Below, piece after piece: positions 1 to 10,511 of a stretch of DNA of 64,000 nucleotides (position 1 is its first letter; each line of letters starts with the position of its first letter). Where the stretch lies: the NCBI GenBank assembly GCA_041739415.1, contig JBGSNU010000005.1, forward strand, positions 192,028 to 256,027, read 5' to 3'. This DNA is from Bdellovibrionales bacterium (GTDB lineage: Bacteria; Bdellovibrionota; Bdellovibrionia; Bdellovibrionales; UBA1609). The notes beneath the pieces were generated by a model that was not told the DNA's origin, searched no databases, and worked only from the letters and a program-made list of their open reading frames with translations. Made by a program: the position numbers and the translations under genes.

Positions 1-1
1 G

Positions 2-589
2 CACACTCTTTCCGAAATTTTGAAATCTGAAAGCACAAGTCGCTCGGTTTTCGAACAGTTGCAAAAATGGGCGCGTGAAAATCCGCTCAACGGTCTGACT
101 GAAGCGAAAGTGACCATTGTCAAAAATGCTGAGTTTGATGATTACAATGTCACAGTGGAGACAACTAAGTTTGGTTACATGCAGACAACGGTTTTCGACC
201 GTCACTTAGCAGAGTCTTTGGAATGGAAGGAGTTGAGTGAACTGTGGAACAGCTTTCATAATTTGGCTCCTCTCCCCATGCGCTTGAGTGCACAAGATCC
301 AACGGAAGAGGCACAGGAGTTTACCGACTACGTCAGCTTCTACAATCACGTTATGGAGATTGGTAAAAAGGGCATCTATGTCCAGCGATACAAGGGTCTT
401 GGAGAGATGAACCCTGAGCAGCTGTGGAGTACAACTTTGAATCCAGAGAACCGTAATTTGCTGAGAGTTTCAATCGGCGATGCGCTTGCTGCGGATGAAA
501 CATTCAGTATCTTGATGGGTGAACAAGTTGAACCGCGGCGCAAATTTATTCATGACAATGCGCTGTTAGCTAAAGAACTCGATGTTTAG
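2..589 (+). CDS. gyrB: DNA gyrase subunit B, C-terminal fragment (gene begins upstream of the window)
   Basis: The frame is open from the window edge. C-terminal GyrB signature [25 protein letters not shown]...[11 protein letters not shown]. gyrA follows 11 nt downstream. Confidence 0.95.
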   Translation, partial: HTLSEILKSESTSRSVFEQLQKWARENPLNGLTEAKVTIVKNAEFDDYNVTVETTKFGYMQTTVFDRHLAESLEWKELSELWNSFHNLAPLPMRLSAQDPTEEAQEFTDYVSFYNHVMEIGKKGIYVQRYKGLGEMNPEQLWSTTLNPENRNLLRVSIGDALAADETFSILMGEQVEPRRKFIHDNALLAKELDV

Positions 590-600
590 TCGATTAGGGT

Positions 601-3063
601 GTGGCCATGGAAAATGATGTAAATAGAATTTCAGATGTCGACATTAACAAAGAGATGCGAGAGGCCTACCTCCAGTACTCAATGAGCGTCATCGTCGGAC
701 GGGCCTTGCCAGATGTGCGCGATGGTCTAAAGCCCGTGCATCGTCGAGTCCTATACGCGATGAACGAACTGAGTAACACTCACGACAAGGCCTATAAAAA
801 ATCAGCCCGTATCGTCGGGGATGTTATTGGTAAATACCATCCACATGGCGATATGGCTGTGTACGATACGATTGTTCGTATGGCTCAGGACTTTTCACTC
901 CGCTATCCCTTAGTCGACGGCCAAGGTAACTTCGGTTCTATTGATGGGGACGCGCCAGCCGCGCCTCGATACACAGAAATCCGTATGACCCAACTGGCCG
1001 AGGAGTTGTTGGTCGATATCGAGAAGGATACGGTTCCTTTCGGTTGGAACTATGACGACTCTTTACTCATTCCGCACGTCCTCCCTGCAAAATTTCCGAA
1101 CTTGTTGATTAACGGTAGTGCTGGAATTGCTGTGGGCATGGCCACGAATATTCCGCCGCACAATATGAATGAAGTGATCGATGCTTGTATTGCACTGATT
1201 AAAGAGCCAACTATTCCAATAGAGGATTTGATTCGAATTATCCCGGGGCCAGACTTCCCAACAGCCGGAGTCATTGCGGGTGTGGCGGGCGTGATTCAAG
1301 CCTACAAGACTGGTCGAGGGGTTATCACCTTGAAGGCTGTGGCTGAGATCGTTCCTAAGAAGGATCGTGAAGAAATCATCGTTACTGAAATCCCCTACCA
1401 AGTGAATAAGGCGAAGCTCATTGAGAGCATGGCAGATTTGGTAAAAGACAAGCGCATTGAGGGGATTTCAGATATCCGCGATGAATCTTCGCGTGAAGGT
1501 ATGCGAATCGTAATTCTCCTGAAGCGCGGAGAAAACGCGCAAGTTATTTTGAATCGTCTGTATAAATTCACCCAATTGCAAGTGAGCTTTGGAATTATCA
1601 TGTTGGCTCTGGACAACAGAAACCAGCCAGTCGTTTTTAATCTCAAGCAAATGCTTGAAGCCTTTTTAGCTCATCGCAAAGATGTCGTAACTAGGCGCTG
1701 CATTTTTGAACTCAAAAAAGCTGAAGCCCGTGCGCATATCCTGGAGGGATTGAAGAAGGCGCTGGATCAAATAGACGCAGTGATAGCGACGATCCGAGCT
1801 TCAAAAGAGGCGGACATTGCCAAACAAAATTTGATAGCTCAGTTTGGATTTTCTGAAAAGCAGTCGCAGGCCATTTTAGATATGCGCTTGCAACGCTTGA
1901 CGGGGCTCGAGCGACAGAAAATCTTAGATGAGCTGGAGGAAATTCGTAAACGCATTGCTTGGTTGAGGCAAGTGCTGTCGAATGTAGATGAAATATACAA
2001 AATCATTGTACAAGAGTTAGAAGATGTAAAAGCCGAGCACGGCGATGTGCGCCGCACCCGAATCGAGCGCTCGAATGAGGAGTTGCAACTTGAGGACCTC
2101 ATTGCCAAAGAGGAAATGGTCGTATCTATGACCCACTCTGGCTACATCAAGCGTATTCCTGTCGATGAGTATCGCCTACAAAAGCGTGGGGGTAAGGGAC
2201 TCAAGGGCGCAGAGCAACGTGACGAAGATTATGTACGCCGCGTGTTTTCAGCCAACACTCACACTATGATCTTGTCATTCTCTGACCGCGGAAAACTGTA
2301 TTGGACAAAGGTACACGAGCTACCCCTGGGATCTCGCACGAGCAAGGGCAAAGCAATCAACAATGTTGTTCAACTAGCCAGTGGCGAGAGTATTCGCGCG
2401 ATTTTGCCGGTCGAAGAGTTTACCGAAAGTAGCTTTATCGTGATGCTGACTGAGAAGGGCATTATCAAGAAGACGACCTTAGGCGCGTTTTCCCGACCTC
2501 GTCCCAGTGGCCTCATTGCATTGACCATTGAGCTTGAGGACAACTTGATTGATGCGAAAGTGTCTAATGGCAAGGATGATATCTTTATTGTCACCAAAGA
2601 GGGCATGTCGATTCGGTTTGATGAAGACGATGTCCGAGCGATGGGGCGCGCGGCTCGCGGAGTCAAAGGAGTTAATCTCGCCTCGAGTGACAAGGTGGTT
2701 GGACTAGAAGTAGTGGCTAAGGACAGCAAAGAGACAATTCTGATTGTCACAGAGCATGGCTTTGGTAAACGCACAGTGATCGATGAATACCGCTCACAAA
2801 GTCGCGGCGGAGTAGGACTCATTACCCAAAAGACAACGGACAAAGTGGGTTTTGTGGTTTCAGCTCGTTTAGTGAAAGATCAACATCAAATCTTGATTAA
2901 CACGAACAGTGGTCAATCCATAAGAATGCGTTGCTCAGATATCTCAGTCATCAGTAGAAACACTCAGGGCGTAAAACTTATGAACCTAAATGAAGGTGAA
3001 TTTGTTACGAGTGTCGCACTCCTTGAAGAAGACGATGTTCTTGTTGAAGGTGCCGAGACTTGA
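601..3063 (+). CDS. gyrA: DNA gyrase subunit A
   Basis: 820-aa ORF. N-terminus [38 protein letters not shown]-like GKYHPHGD, and active-site Tyr context [10 protein letters not shown]. The start is either GTG 601 or ATG 607. Confidence 0.97.
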   Translation: MAMENDVNRISDVDINKEMREAYLQYSMSVIVGRALPDVRDGLKPVHRRVLYAMNELSNTHDKAYKKSARIVGDVIGKYHPHGDMAVYDTIVRMAQDFSLRYPLVDGQGNFGSIDGDAPAAPRYTEIRMTQLAEELLVDIEKDTVPFGWNYDDSLLIPHVLPAKFPNLLINGSAGIAVGMATNIPPHNMNEVIDACIALIKEPTIPIEDLIRIIPGPDFPTAGVIAGVAGVIQAYKTGRGVITLKAVAEIVPKKDREEIIVTEIPYQVNKAKLIESMADLVKDKRIEGISDIRDESSREGMRIVILLKRGENAQVILNRLYKFTQLQVSFGIIMLALDNRNQPVVFNLKQMLEAFLAHRKDVVTRRCIFELKKAEARAHILEGLKKALDQIDAVIATIRASKEADIAKQNLIAQFGFSEKQSQAILDMRLQRLTGLERQKILDELEEIRKRIAWLRQVLSNVDEIYKIIVQELEDVKAEHGDVRRTRIERSNEELQLEDLIAKEEMVVSMTHSGYIKRIPVDEYRLQKRGGKGLKGAEQRDEDYVRRVFSANTHTMILSFSDRGKLYWTKVHELPLGSRTSKGKAINNVVQLASGESIRAILPVEEFTESSFIVMLTEKGIIKKTTLGAFSRPRPSGLIALTIELEDNLIDAKVSNGKDDIFIVTKEGMSIRFDEDDVRAMGRAARGVKGVNLASSDKVVGLEVVAKDSKETILIVTEHGFGKRTVIDEYRSQSRGGVGLITQKTTDKVGFVVSARLVKDQHQILINTNSGQSIRMRCSDISVISRNTQGVKLMNLNEGEFVTSVALLEEDDVLVEGAET

Positions 3064-3872
3064 AGTTTATGCTGCGGATCGTGCTTTTTGCGGCTCTGCT
3101 TCAGGGCTGCTCAGGTTGCACCTTTCGCTTTGATTGGGTCGATCAATTGCGTGCAGAGCGGGCGCTTGTTAGACAAGACTACTCTGAGGCCATTCGCCTA
3201 TTAGAAAAAATCATGAAAGCCGACCCTGATACCGAACGCGCTCTTTCGGCCTCGAGAATGGCTGCGCCGATTGCGCATATTCAGACAAAAAATTATGCGA
3301 AGGCGGTGGAATTCTATAAGCATATCGTTCTTCGCTCACAAAGTGCCGAAGAGAGAAAAACGGCACAGCGATTCATTGCCCAAATTCAATTTGAAAATCT
3401 ACACGAATACGATCATGCCGTATTGGAATATGAGCGGCTATTGAATTTAGAATTAACAGCCAGCGAACAGTTTCGCTACCGAATGAATTTGGCTAAGGCC
3501 CACTTCAACCTGAACAACATTGGCCAAGCACTTACAGAAATCGACGTCATCTTAAAAAAATCTAAATCACCGGATGAAATCTTTGAAGCGAAGGTCCTCA
3601 AGGCCAATACAGAGGTCTCCGCCAAGCGACTCAATGAATCGGTGGCCCTTTGGCAGCAGATCATCCAGGAGTTTCCAGAGAAGGCGAAAAAAGAAAACAT
3701 AGCTCTGAATCTGACGGTTGTTCTGGAGGAGCTCGGAGAATTCGAAAAGGCGATTGAATTGTTGGTGGCGATGCGAGAGGGCTACCCCCAGCGAGATTTT
3801 TTGGATCTTCGAATCCAGCGTTTAAGAGAACGTCGAGACAACCAACCGGGGGCACATGGTCTCAAAAGATAA
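3060..3872 (+). CDS. TPR-like lipoprotein, function unknown
   Basis: Signal plus lipobox (LFAALLQGC). The rest is helical-repeat sequence. Its start overlaps the gyrA stop (TTGA). An alternative ATG lies at 3069. Confidence 0.7.
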   Translation: MKFMLRIVLFAALLQGCSGCTFRFDWVDQLRAERALVRQDYSEAIRLLEKIMKADPDTERALSASRMAAPIAHIQTKNYAKAVEFYKHIVLRSQSAEERKTAQRFIAQIQFENLHEYDHAVLEYERLLNLELTASEQFRYRMNLAKAHFNLNNIGQALTEIDVILKKSKSPDEIFEAKVLKANTEVSAKRLNESVALWQQIIQEFPEKAKKENIALNLTVVLEELGEFEKAIELLVAMREGYPQRDFLDLRIQRLRERRDNQPGAHGLKR

Positions 3873-4098
3873 AAATTCCGGCAAAAAAGGCCTCGTTTTT
3901 ATGGGAGTGGCATTTGAGCTTGTGGGAATGTGCTTTGGCGGATACTTTCTCGGCGAGTATATCGATGAAAAAATGGGTTGGAAGAACTGGGCGGCCACTT
4001 ACCTGGTCCTCATCCTCTTGGTGGGATGGTTTGTTCATCTCATTTACCTTCTTCGTCGATTTGAAAAGGATGTAGAGGATTCAAAACCCCAATCTTAG
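3856..4098 (+). CDS. AtpZ/AtpI-family small membrane protein (ATP synthase operon gene 1)
   Basis: 80 aa with two predicted TM helices (GVAFELVGMCFGGYFLGEYID ... YLVLILLVGWFV). It sits immediately upstream of the atpI-like gene and atpB. Confidence 0.65.
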   Translation: MVSKDKNSGKKGLVFMGVAFELVGMCFGGYFLGEYIDEKMGWKNWAATYLVLILLVGWFVHLIYLLRRFEKDVEDSKPQS

Positions 4099-4111
4099 AC
4101 AACTTCTGGTA

Positions 4112-4453
4112 GTGCAGCTGGCCTTGGGTGGGTGTGTGGCAGGGCTAGCTCTTGCATACCATAGCTTTGAACTCGGCGTATCCGCAGCACTAGGAGCTGC
4201 TCTGATGGGGCTGAATGTGGTCCTTTTGGGTTGGAGCTGGGCGAGACTATTGCAAAAGAAATCAATTGCATGGACGGTCATGATCATTGTAATCAAGTAC
4301 GCGGTTTTGTTAGGTTCAATTTACATTTTGGCCCAAGAGTCCTGGTTTATGCCTCTCGGTGTAGCCTTGGGTATTGGGAGTTTTGTAATGGCTGCCCTTC
4401 TTTTTGGGCTATTTGATCGCCGGAAAGTGTTAGGTAAAATTGGTTCATTTTAA
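4112..4453 (+). CDS. atpI: ATP synthase protein I-like membrane protein
   Basis: 113-aa hydrophobic protein with 3-4 TM segments, directly upstream of and overlapping atpB. The call rests on position and topology only. Confidence 0.55.
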   Translation: MQLALGGCVAGLALAYHSFELGVSAALGAALMGLNVVLLGWSWARLLQKKSIAWTVMIIVIKYAVLLGSIYILAQESWFMPLGVALGIGSFVMAALLFGLFDRRKVLGKIGSF

Positions 4454-5141
4454 TTGGATGCAGCTTGTTCCCGGAGTCACTCACCACAATGTGCACGTGG
4501 CTACGGGTCTAGCTGTAGGCGGGCTTTTGGTGATGGGTGCAGCAGCTGGCAGACTAGCTTTGGGTCGCGGAGAAGCGGCAGTCGCTCCGGCCTCGCGATT
4601 TTCGCTCAAGGGAGTATTTGAGCTGATTTTAGAGTTCATTGTCGGCCTAGCGGATATGATCATTGGTGAAGCGGGCCGAAAATTTGTCCCCATGTTTGCA
4701 GCTATTTTCCTGTTTGTTTGGTTTAACAATTTGAGCGGACTTCTGCCGGGGATGACGCCTGCAACGGACAATATCAACACCACACTGGCTATCGGGATAT
4801 TCTCTTTCGTGATGTACAATTTCTACGGTATCAAAGAGCATGGGCTTGCCTATTTTAAGCACTTTTTAGGGCCGCTTCTTCTTCTCGCTCCGCTGATGCT
4901 TCCGATTGAGCTCATCGGGCATGCTGTGCGCCCCCTCACACTTGGCCTGCGATTGTACGGAAATATAATGGCCGATCACACCGTTGTAAGTGTTTTCGTT
5001 GGCATGTTTGAAAATCTTTGGTTTATTCCAATACCAGCTATTTTTTATGGAATGGGAATCTTTGTAGCATCGATGCAGGCCTTTGTTTTCACGATGCTCT
5101 CAATGATTTACGTTTCAATGGCAGTTGCGCACGATCACTAA
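4440..5141 (+). CDS. atpB: F0F1 ATP synthase subunit a
   Basis: Polytopic protein carrying the conserved a-subunit motif LGLRLYGNIMADH (essential Arg). The start is ambiguous: TTG 4440 or ATG 4458. Confidence 0.9.
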   Translation: MVHFNWMQLVPGVTHHNVHVATGLAVGGLLVMGAAAGRLALGRGEAAVAPASRFSLKGVFELILEFIVGLADMIIGEAGRKFVPMFAAIFLFVWFNNLSGLLPGMTPATDNINTTLAIGIFSFVMYNFYGIKEHGLAYFKHFLGPLLLLAPLMLPIELIGHAVRPLTLGLRLYGNIMADHTVVSVFVGMFENLWFIPIPAIFYGMGIFVASMQAFVFTMLSMIYVSMAVAHDH

Positions 5142-5187
5142 CCCCAAGCAGTAACACTTAAAGTTCAGCAAAAGAGGAGAATCTAGA

Positions 5188-5502
5188 ATGAAAAAGGCAA
5201 CGTTTGTATCTTTGGCCGCGATGTTGGTTTCCACACAGGCATATGCTCAAGCAGCGGAAACAGCCAATGCAATGGGCGATAAAGGTTTGTATGCACTCGG
5301 TCTGGCAATCATGCTTGCTTTAGGTGCGTTTGGTGCAACTTCTGCACAAGGGAAAGTTGGAGCTGCCGCAATGGACGGATTGGCTCGTAACCCCCAAGCA
5401 CGCGATAGCATGTTTGTGCCCATGATCGTTGTTCTGGCTCTTATCGAATCTTTGTTCATCTTGACTTGGATTGTAGCCAACACGATGTCAGGCAAAATCT
5501 AG
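5188..5502 (+). CDS. atpE: F0F1 ATP synthase subunit c with an N-terminal signal-peptide-like extension
   Basis: Glycine-rich helix 1 (LALGAFGATSAQGKVGAAAMDGLARNPQ) and helix 2 with the ion-binding carboxylate (VVLALIESLFIL). Strong RBS AAGAGGAG upstream. Confidence 0.92.
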   Translation: MKKATFVSLAAMLVSTQAYAQAAETANAMGDKGLYALGLAIMLALGAFGATSAQGKVGAAAMDGLARNPQARDSMFVPMIVVLALIESLFILTWIVANTMSGKI

Positions 5503-5523
5503 TTTTTACGAACAGCAAAAACT

Positions 5524-5565
5524 AAAGCCGTAATTGGAAATCCAATTGCGGCTTTTGCCTTTTTT
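5524..5565 (+). terminator. Intrinsic terminator after atpE
   Basis: Hairpin AAAGCCGTAATTGG-aaat-CCAATTGCGGCTTT followed by a T-rich run (tgcctttttt). Confidence 0.75.
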
Positions 5566-5569
5566 GGCC

Positions 5570-6940
5570 CTAGAGCATAGGTTTAACTATGGCCTCAAAT
5601 TGTTGTTGTATGCGCTTGAGTCCATCGGGAGTAGACGACTCAAAGCGTAGGACCAAAACAGGCTGAGTATTTGAGGCCCGTGCAAGCCCCCACCCATCAC
5701 TAAAACTCACCCGAATTCCATCAATCAGATTGGTTTTATACTGACTAGACGGAGCCATAAATTTCTCTTTAAGGGCCGCAACGATCAAATGTTTCTTTTC
5801 TTCTGTCGTATCAATTCGAATTTCTGGCGTGCAGTGTGATGGAGGAAGCTCGGCAAGTAGCTCTGGAATCGTCTTTTTCGTGCTCGCCAATATCTCAATG
5901 ACTCGAAGGCCTGCATAAATAGCGTCGTCGTAGCCGTAGTTTCGGTCAGCAAAGAAGATATGTCCGCTCAACTCCCCGCCAAAAGGAGAATGTTCAAGCT
6001 TCACCTTTTCTTTGATGAGGGAGTGGCCGGTTTTCCACATGATGGGAACGCCACCTTTATTTCGGACAAAATCGTACATTCGATCCGAACATTTGACATC
6101 TCCAATGATTTTGCTGCCAGGAGCCTGCTTGAGAATGGCCGACGAAATTAAGACCATCATCTCATCGCCTAAGACAAATCTTCCTTGGTGATCGACCAGT
6201 CCAATTCTGTCCGCATCACCGTCGAATCCAATTCCCACCAGAGCCTTCGTGCGGAGCACCTCTGACTTCAGAGCCGTCAAGTTCTCCTCAACGGTGGGGT
6301 CTGGATGATGATTGGGGAAATTTCCATCAGGTGTCTCAAACAGAATTGTGGGTTTTAAGCCGATAGCTTCAAACAGTCTTCGAGCGATGATTCCTGCGGC
6401 GCCGTTGCCACAGTCCAAAACGACGGGCAAATCTTTTAGATGCTTAAATTCCTCTCGATACCTCTCCACGTAGGGCGTGAGAATATCAATGTGCTCTTCA
6501 CTGCCTGGGCCAGTGGTGTAGTCGCCAGAGTTGATGATTTTCTCTAGACCCTTGATCTCGTCTCCAAAAATTGTCGTCTTGTTCAATGAAATTTTGAAGC
6601 CGTTGTATTCGGGTGGATTGTGCGAGCCGGTTACCATAATGCCGCCAACAACCTTATCCACTGTAAAAGTTGAGAAGTAGCTGATGGGTGAGGTGATTAA
6701 ACCAAGGTGGATGACATGGGCCCCCGCCGACATGAAACCTCTGGCCAGAGCCAAAGCAATTGCGGGGCTTGAGAGGCGGGCATCATAACCAAGAGTCAAA
6801 TGAGGCTGAGCCTGACCCGTTTTACGGCGCACGTGGGTGACAAAAGCCTTGCCCAGATGAAATGCAAAATCGAGGTCAAAGTCAGATTCATAGACTCCAC
6901 GAATGTCATATTCGCGAAAGATAACGGAGTTCATTTTCAT
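5570..6940 (-). CDS. Phosphomannomutase/phosphoglucomutase (alpha-D-phosphohexomutase family)
   Basis: 456 aa. Active-site phosphoserine loop GIMVTGSHNPPEYNGFK and metal loop GFDGDADR. ATGA overlap with pdxA upstream. Confidence 0.9.
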   Translation of the reverse strand: MKMNSVIFREYDIRGVYESDFDLDFAFHLGKAFVTHVRRKTGQAQPHLTLGYDARLSSPAIALALARGFMSAGAHVIHLGLITSPISYFSTFTVDKVVGGIMVTGSHNPPEYNGFKISLNKTTIFGDEIKGLEKIINSGDYTTGPGSEEHIDILTPYVERYREEFKHLKDLPVVLDCGNGAAGIIARRLFEAIGLKPTILFETPDGNFPNHHPDPTVEENLTALKSEVLRTKALVGIGFDGDADRIGLVDHQGRFVLGDEMMVLISSAILKQAPGSKIIGDVKCSDRMYDFVRNKGGVPIMWKTGHSLIKEKVKLEHSPFGGELSGHIFFADRNYGYDDAIYAGLRVIEILASTKKTIPELLAELPPSHCTPEIRIDTTEEKKHLIVAALKEKFMAPSSQYKTNLIDGIRVSFSDGWGLARASNTQPVLVLRFESSTPDGLKRIQQQFEAIVKPML

Positions 6941-7923
6941 ACTGGCCCCTTATTTACTAACCGTATAGCTGTGAGCAGAGCATCCCGCATGGATCCATGC
7001 TCGGCCATATTTTGTCCAAAAATATCCTTTGCGCAACCATGGTCAACACTTGTGCGCACAAAGGGTAAGCCAAGCGTAACATGCACGCCACTTTTAAATC
7101 CGTGGGCCAGTTTAAACGGGATGAGCCCCTGATCATGATAAAGCGCCAAATAAACGCCCACGCGCTTGGCAATGTGTGGCAAGAAGGCTGAGTCAGGGAC
7201 TAGCGGGCCGAGGATTTGATCGACGTAGGCTCTAGACGTTGCAAATTTCTTGAGGCCGACCTCTTCGCTGCCAATCAAGCCGTCTTCACCGGCGTGTGGA
7301 TTTAGACCCAACAATCCGATGGGCAATCGCCGACGTGAGGCTGAGAGGGTTGAGCGTAAAGTCTTAGCCGCGGCAAAGGCCTTGGCGAGAAGCTCTGGGT
7401 TTAAAGACTGGATGGCGTCTTTAAGCGGCTTGTGTCCAGTCGCTAAAACCACAGAAAATTCTGTGCCGACAAAACCCATAAAAAGCGCCGGTGATTTTGC
7501 AATACGTCCTAAAATTTCTGTATGGCCCAAGTCTTTGAGATGGGCGGCTACGATGGATGTCTTTGAAAGAGGTGCAGTGACTAAGGCCGCAAACTGTCCA
7601 CTTAAACAAAGGCGCGCCGCCTGCTCAATCCAAATGGGCGGCAAGTGCTGCGAGCGAACTTCAATTAAATGAGTCGACTGATAGCCGAGCTTTGCGGCGT
7701 CTTCAAGGCTAATGACCGTGACGCGTTTAAACTTTCGGTCCACCCGCTGCTCTAGCATTTGATAAAATCGACGCTGCTGAGGTATATCTACGGCCGCCCG
7801 CACGACCACAAACTGAACTCCAGGTCTCGGCCCAAGATCTGCCAGGGCCTTTGCCGTAACCTCCCAACCGACCCCGTCAAGATCGCCGGTGGTAATTATG
7901 ATCCGAAGTCGTTTAGAAGCCAT
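6937..7923 (-). CDS. pdxA: 4-hydroxythreonine-4-phosphate dehydrogenase
   Basis: PdxA motifs GLNPHAGE and TSVDHGCAKDI. N-terminus MASKRLRIIITTGD matches the PdxA length. The longest ORF would start at 7947. Confidence 0.88.
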   Translation of the reverse strand: MASKRLRIIITTGDLDGVGWEVTAKALADLGPRPGVQFVVVRAAVDIPQQRRFYQMLEQRVDRKFKRVTVISLEDAAKLGYQSTHLIEVRSQHLPPIWIEQAARLCLSGQFAALVTAPLSKTSIVAAHLKDLGHTEILGRIAKSPALFMGFVGTEFSVVLATGHKPLKDAIQSLNPELLAKAFAAAKTLRSTLSASRRRLPIGLLGLNPHAGEDGLIGSEEVGLKKFATSRAYVDQILGPLVPDSAFLPHIAKRVGVYLALYHDQGLIPFKLAHGFKSGVHVTLGLPFVRTSVDHGCAKDIFGQNMAEHGSMRDALLTAIRLVNKGPV

Positions 7924-8893
7924 TGATTCGGATAAAGGCCTCATCACGCCGTTGGGTTAACCATTGTCTAAACTGACGCTTAAAAGCGTCGCCATAAAGA
8001 ACTCGGCGGATATCCTCACGCTCTTCATCCAGCTTGGGATCTGATATCAGGGTTTTTTTGTTTACCTTAACGATTTGAAATCCAGACGAGGTCCGTAAGA
8101 CTTCGCTATATTCTCCCGGCCCTAATTTGCGTACAGCCTTGTCAATTTCTCCAATCATCTCACCGGCACGAAAGGTTCCGAGCGAACCACCCTTGCTGAA
8201 GTTTCCGTCCTCACTAAACTGCTCAGCTAGCTTTTCAAAAGATTGACCAGACTTTAGGCGCTCCCAAACGGCCTGTGCTCTGGCGCGCGCGGCCTCGGCT
8301 CCGCCGTTCTTAGGGTTCAGAAAAATATGGGACAGGGAGTACTCAAAAATTTGAGAAGCTGAAGGACCTTTTTTTGCCATGTAATAGCTGCTGATGTCCT
8401 CGTCTGAAATGCGAATCTTTGAGGTGATCTCGCGCTCTATCAAACCCTGTCGCTCCAGACTTGTTTTAATAAAGTCTTGGTAATCCGACATGGTTACACC
8501 CTTTGCCTTCAGCGCCTCTTGCAACTGCTGCCGAGAGATGTTGTTGTTTTTGGCGATGGTCCGAATCTCCTGCTCAACGCGCTCAATAGTGACTTCCATG
8601 CCCTTCCGCTTAACTTCAGAGTCAATCAAGCTTTCATCGATCATCTCATTCAAAAGAGCATTGCGATCTTTCAAAAGCGTTTGTGGATCGACTAGCTTTA
8701 AAAGGGCGTCATCAACGAGGCCCCCATTCTGCAACTTTTTTCTAAATTTTTCGGTGTCAGAGAGAGTGATGACCTGGTCGTTGACGATGGCGACGATCTT
8801 CTCAACGACTTTTGCCTGAAGCGGAAGGCTAAGCGTCAGACTTACGAATACAACAAGTTGGTAAATAGCTCGGGGGATCAATGATTTTTTCAC
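7913..8893 (-). CDS. surA: SurA-like periplasmic chaperone / parvulin-type peptidyl-prolyl isomerase
   Basis: Signal peptide, a SurA N-terminal-type helical domain and one PpiC/parvulin domain (GGSLGTFRAGEM...GFQIVKV). The conserved surA-pdxA adjacency is present. Confidence 0.75.
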   Translation of the reverse strand: MKKSLIPRAIYQLVVFVSLTLSLPLQAKVVEKIVAIVNDQVITLSDTEKFRKKLQNGGLVDDALLKLVDPQTLLKDRNALLNEMIDESLIDSEVKRKGMEVTIERVEQEIRTIAKNNNISRQQLQEALKAKGVTMSDYQDFIKTSLERQGLIEREITSKIRISDEDISSYYMAKKGPSASQIFEYSLSHIFLNPKNGGAEAARARAQAVWERLKSGQSFEKLAEQFSEDGNFSKGGSLGTFRAGEMIGEIDKAVRKLGPGEYSEVLRTSSGFQIVKVNKKTLISDPKLDEEREDIRRVLYGDAFKRQFRQWLTQRRDEAFIRINGF

Positions 8894-9843
8894 TGCGCTT
8901 TTGTCTCCACTTTTAAGGCATCAATGAAAGCTTGGTCCTTGTAGACCCGAGCTTTCCGCGTTTGCTGCTCTAGCCATGCAAGATAGAGGGATTGTTCATT
9001 TTTTTCCATTAAAATGCGCCTTACCTCGGTCTTAGATTCCGCGTATCCCCGAACACGTGAGGGGCGACGCGAAACCAACTCAAATATGTGATATCCAAAC
9101 GCACTCTTCAGTATCGGGCTGCGCCGACCCACCTTCATGTGAAAGGCAGGCTCAAAGACATCCGAAAGACCCTTCTCGATCCAACCGACATTTCCACCCC
9201 GCGGTCCCTCGGGTGAAATTGAGTATTTTTTGGCGAGCGCGGTCATGGAGGTCCCCTTTTTTAACTCGGACTCCATAATTTTTGCATCGCTTTCGGTCTC
9301 TACTAGGATTTGCCGAATCTGTGCAGACTCCTTTTCTGAAAACTGCGCCTTATTGTTGTCGTAAAAATCTTGAAGCTCTTGCTCTTTTGGCTCTTCTGTC
9401 GCCTCAAAAATTTTTTGCATGACGAGCTTTTGCAGCAGCGACCCCTGCAAGCGTTCTCGCCACTGACTAAATGTGAGACCTTCCTCGGCAAAGGCCTGTT
9501 GAAAAGCCAAATCGTCGGGATACGACTTTTGTATTTGTTGAACTTGTGCCTCAACGTCCTCAGCTTTAAGCATGATGCCATTGTCTTTTGCCCAAGCCTC
9601 AATCAGCGCTTGTACAATAAAATCCTCGACGATTTTAGCTTTGATCACCTTCACCAGTTTTGGATCTTTTGCTGCAAGCACATCATGGTCTTTTAAACGA
9701 TGGGCGAGTTCTTGGGCGTACTGTTGTCCGTTCATCTGCCGTCCGTTGACGTCGAGGATAGCCTTCTGGCCCAGCGGAGGCCTCAACCAATCGCACGATG
9801 TTAGGGCCAGCGTGAATAGCAACATGGCGAAGCGAACAGGCAA
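8890..9843 (-). CDS. PpiC-type peptidyl-prolyl isomerase lipoprotein (PrsA/PpiD-like)
   Basis: Lipobox LALTSC and a C-terminal parvulin domain (GGNVGWIEKG...FGYHIFEL). 4-nt overlap with the surA-like gene. Confidence 0.75.
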   Translation of the reverse strand: MPVRFAMLLFTLALTSCDWLRPPLGQKAILDVNGRQMNGQQYAQELAHRLKDHDVLAAKDPKLVKVIKAKIVEDFIVQALIEAWAKDNGIMLKAEDVEAQVQQIQKSYPDDLAFQQAFAEEGLTFSQWRERLQGSLLQKLVMQKIFEATEEPKEQELQDFYDNNKAQFSEKESAQIRQILVETESDAKIMESELKKGTSMTALAKKYSISPEGPRGGNVGWIEKGLSDVFEPAFHMKVGRRSPILKSAFGYHIFELVSRRPSRVRGYAESKTEVRRILMEKNEQSLYLAWLEQQTRKARVYKDQAFIDALKVETKAQ

Positions 9844-9867
9844 GGTCGACCTCCGATGACAAGCCCT

Positions 9868-10509
9868 CTATCGTAGGTTTTCTGCGGCGAGCTTGCAAGC
9901 CTTAGCGATGTCTTCAGTCAAGCGATGGACGAGCTCGGGGCTTTTGGGATCCATGGACTTGGTTGCGACCTCCCATGGCTCAAGAAAATGCACATAAACT
10001 TTCGCAAACGGCCTTGGCAGGCGGGCTTTGTTCCACGATTTTTCAAACACGATGCTCTTGGAGGCCACCGCCCCCACAGGTACGATCCGCGCAACACCCA
10101 ACCGCGCCAGCTCAAATACTCCCGGTTTAGGAACATGCAGTGGACCCTTTGGTCCATCGACTGCAACTGAAGCTCGAAATCCTTGTTGCAGGAGCCGAAT
10201 CAGTCCCTTGAGAGCCGTGATTCCACCGCGGGTCGAAGAGCCACGGCTGGTGGCTCCTCCAAGGCGACGGATTAAAAAATCAATAAGTTCGCCATCTCGA
10301 CTTGTCGAAGTCATGGTGGCGATTCGATAGGATGTGACTAGAGGGAGAATACAAAGTTCGTCGCCATGCCAATGCGCAAAGATGAGTCGCTCTCCTCGCT
10401 CTTTCGCCTTAATAAGTTCGGGCGGCTCGTAGGTTCGGATTCTCCAAGAGCGAGTCCAGGCCCAAAAAAACCACCAAGCGAGCCATGGCAAAACGTTCTG
10501 GCGAAACAT
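9868..10509 (-). CDS. DUF374-family (lysophospholipid acyltransferase-like) protein
   Basis: 213 aa with the pattern FAHWHGDE ... TSTSRDGELI...RGSSTRGG..AL...VAVDGPKGP, which is typical of DUF374. Recognised from memory of the family. Confidence 0.6.
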   Translation of the reverse strand: MFRQNVLPWLAWWFFWAWTRSWRIRTYEPPELIKAKERGERLIFAHWHGDELCILPLVTSYRIATMTSTSRDGELIDFLIRRLGGATSRGSSTRGGITALKGLIRLLQQGFRASVAVDGPKGPLHVPKPGVFELARLGVARIVPVGAVASKSIVFEKSWNKARLPRPFAKVYVHFLEPWEVATKSMDPKSPELVHRLTEDIAKACKLAAENLR

Positions 10510-10511
10510 TT

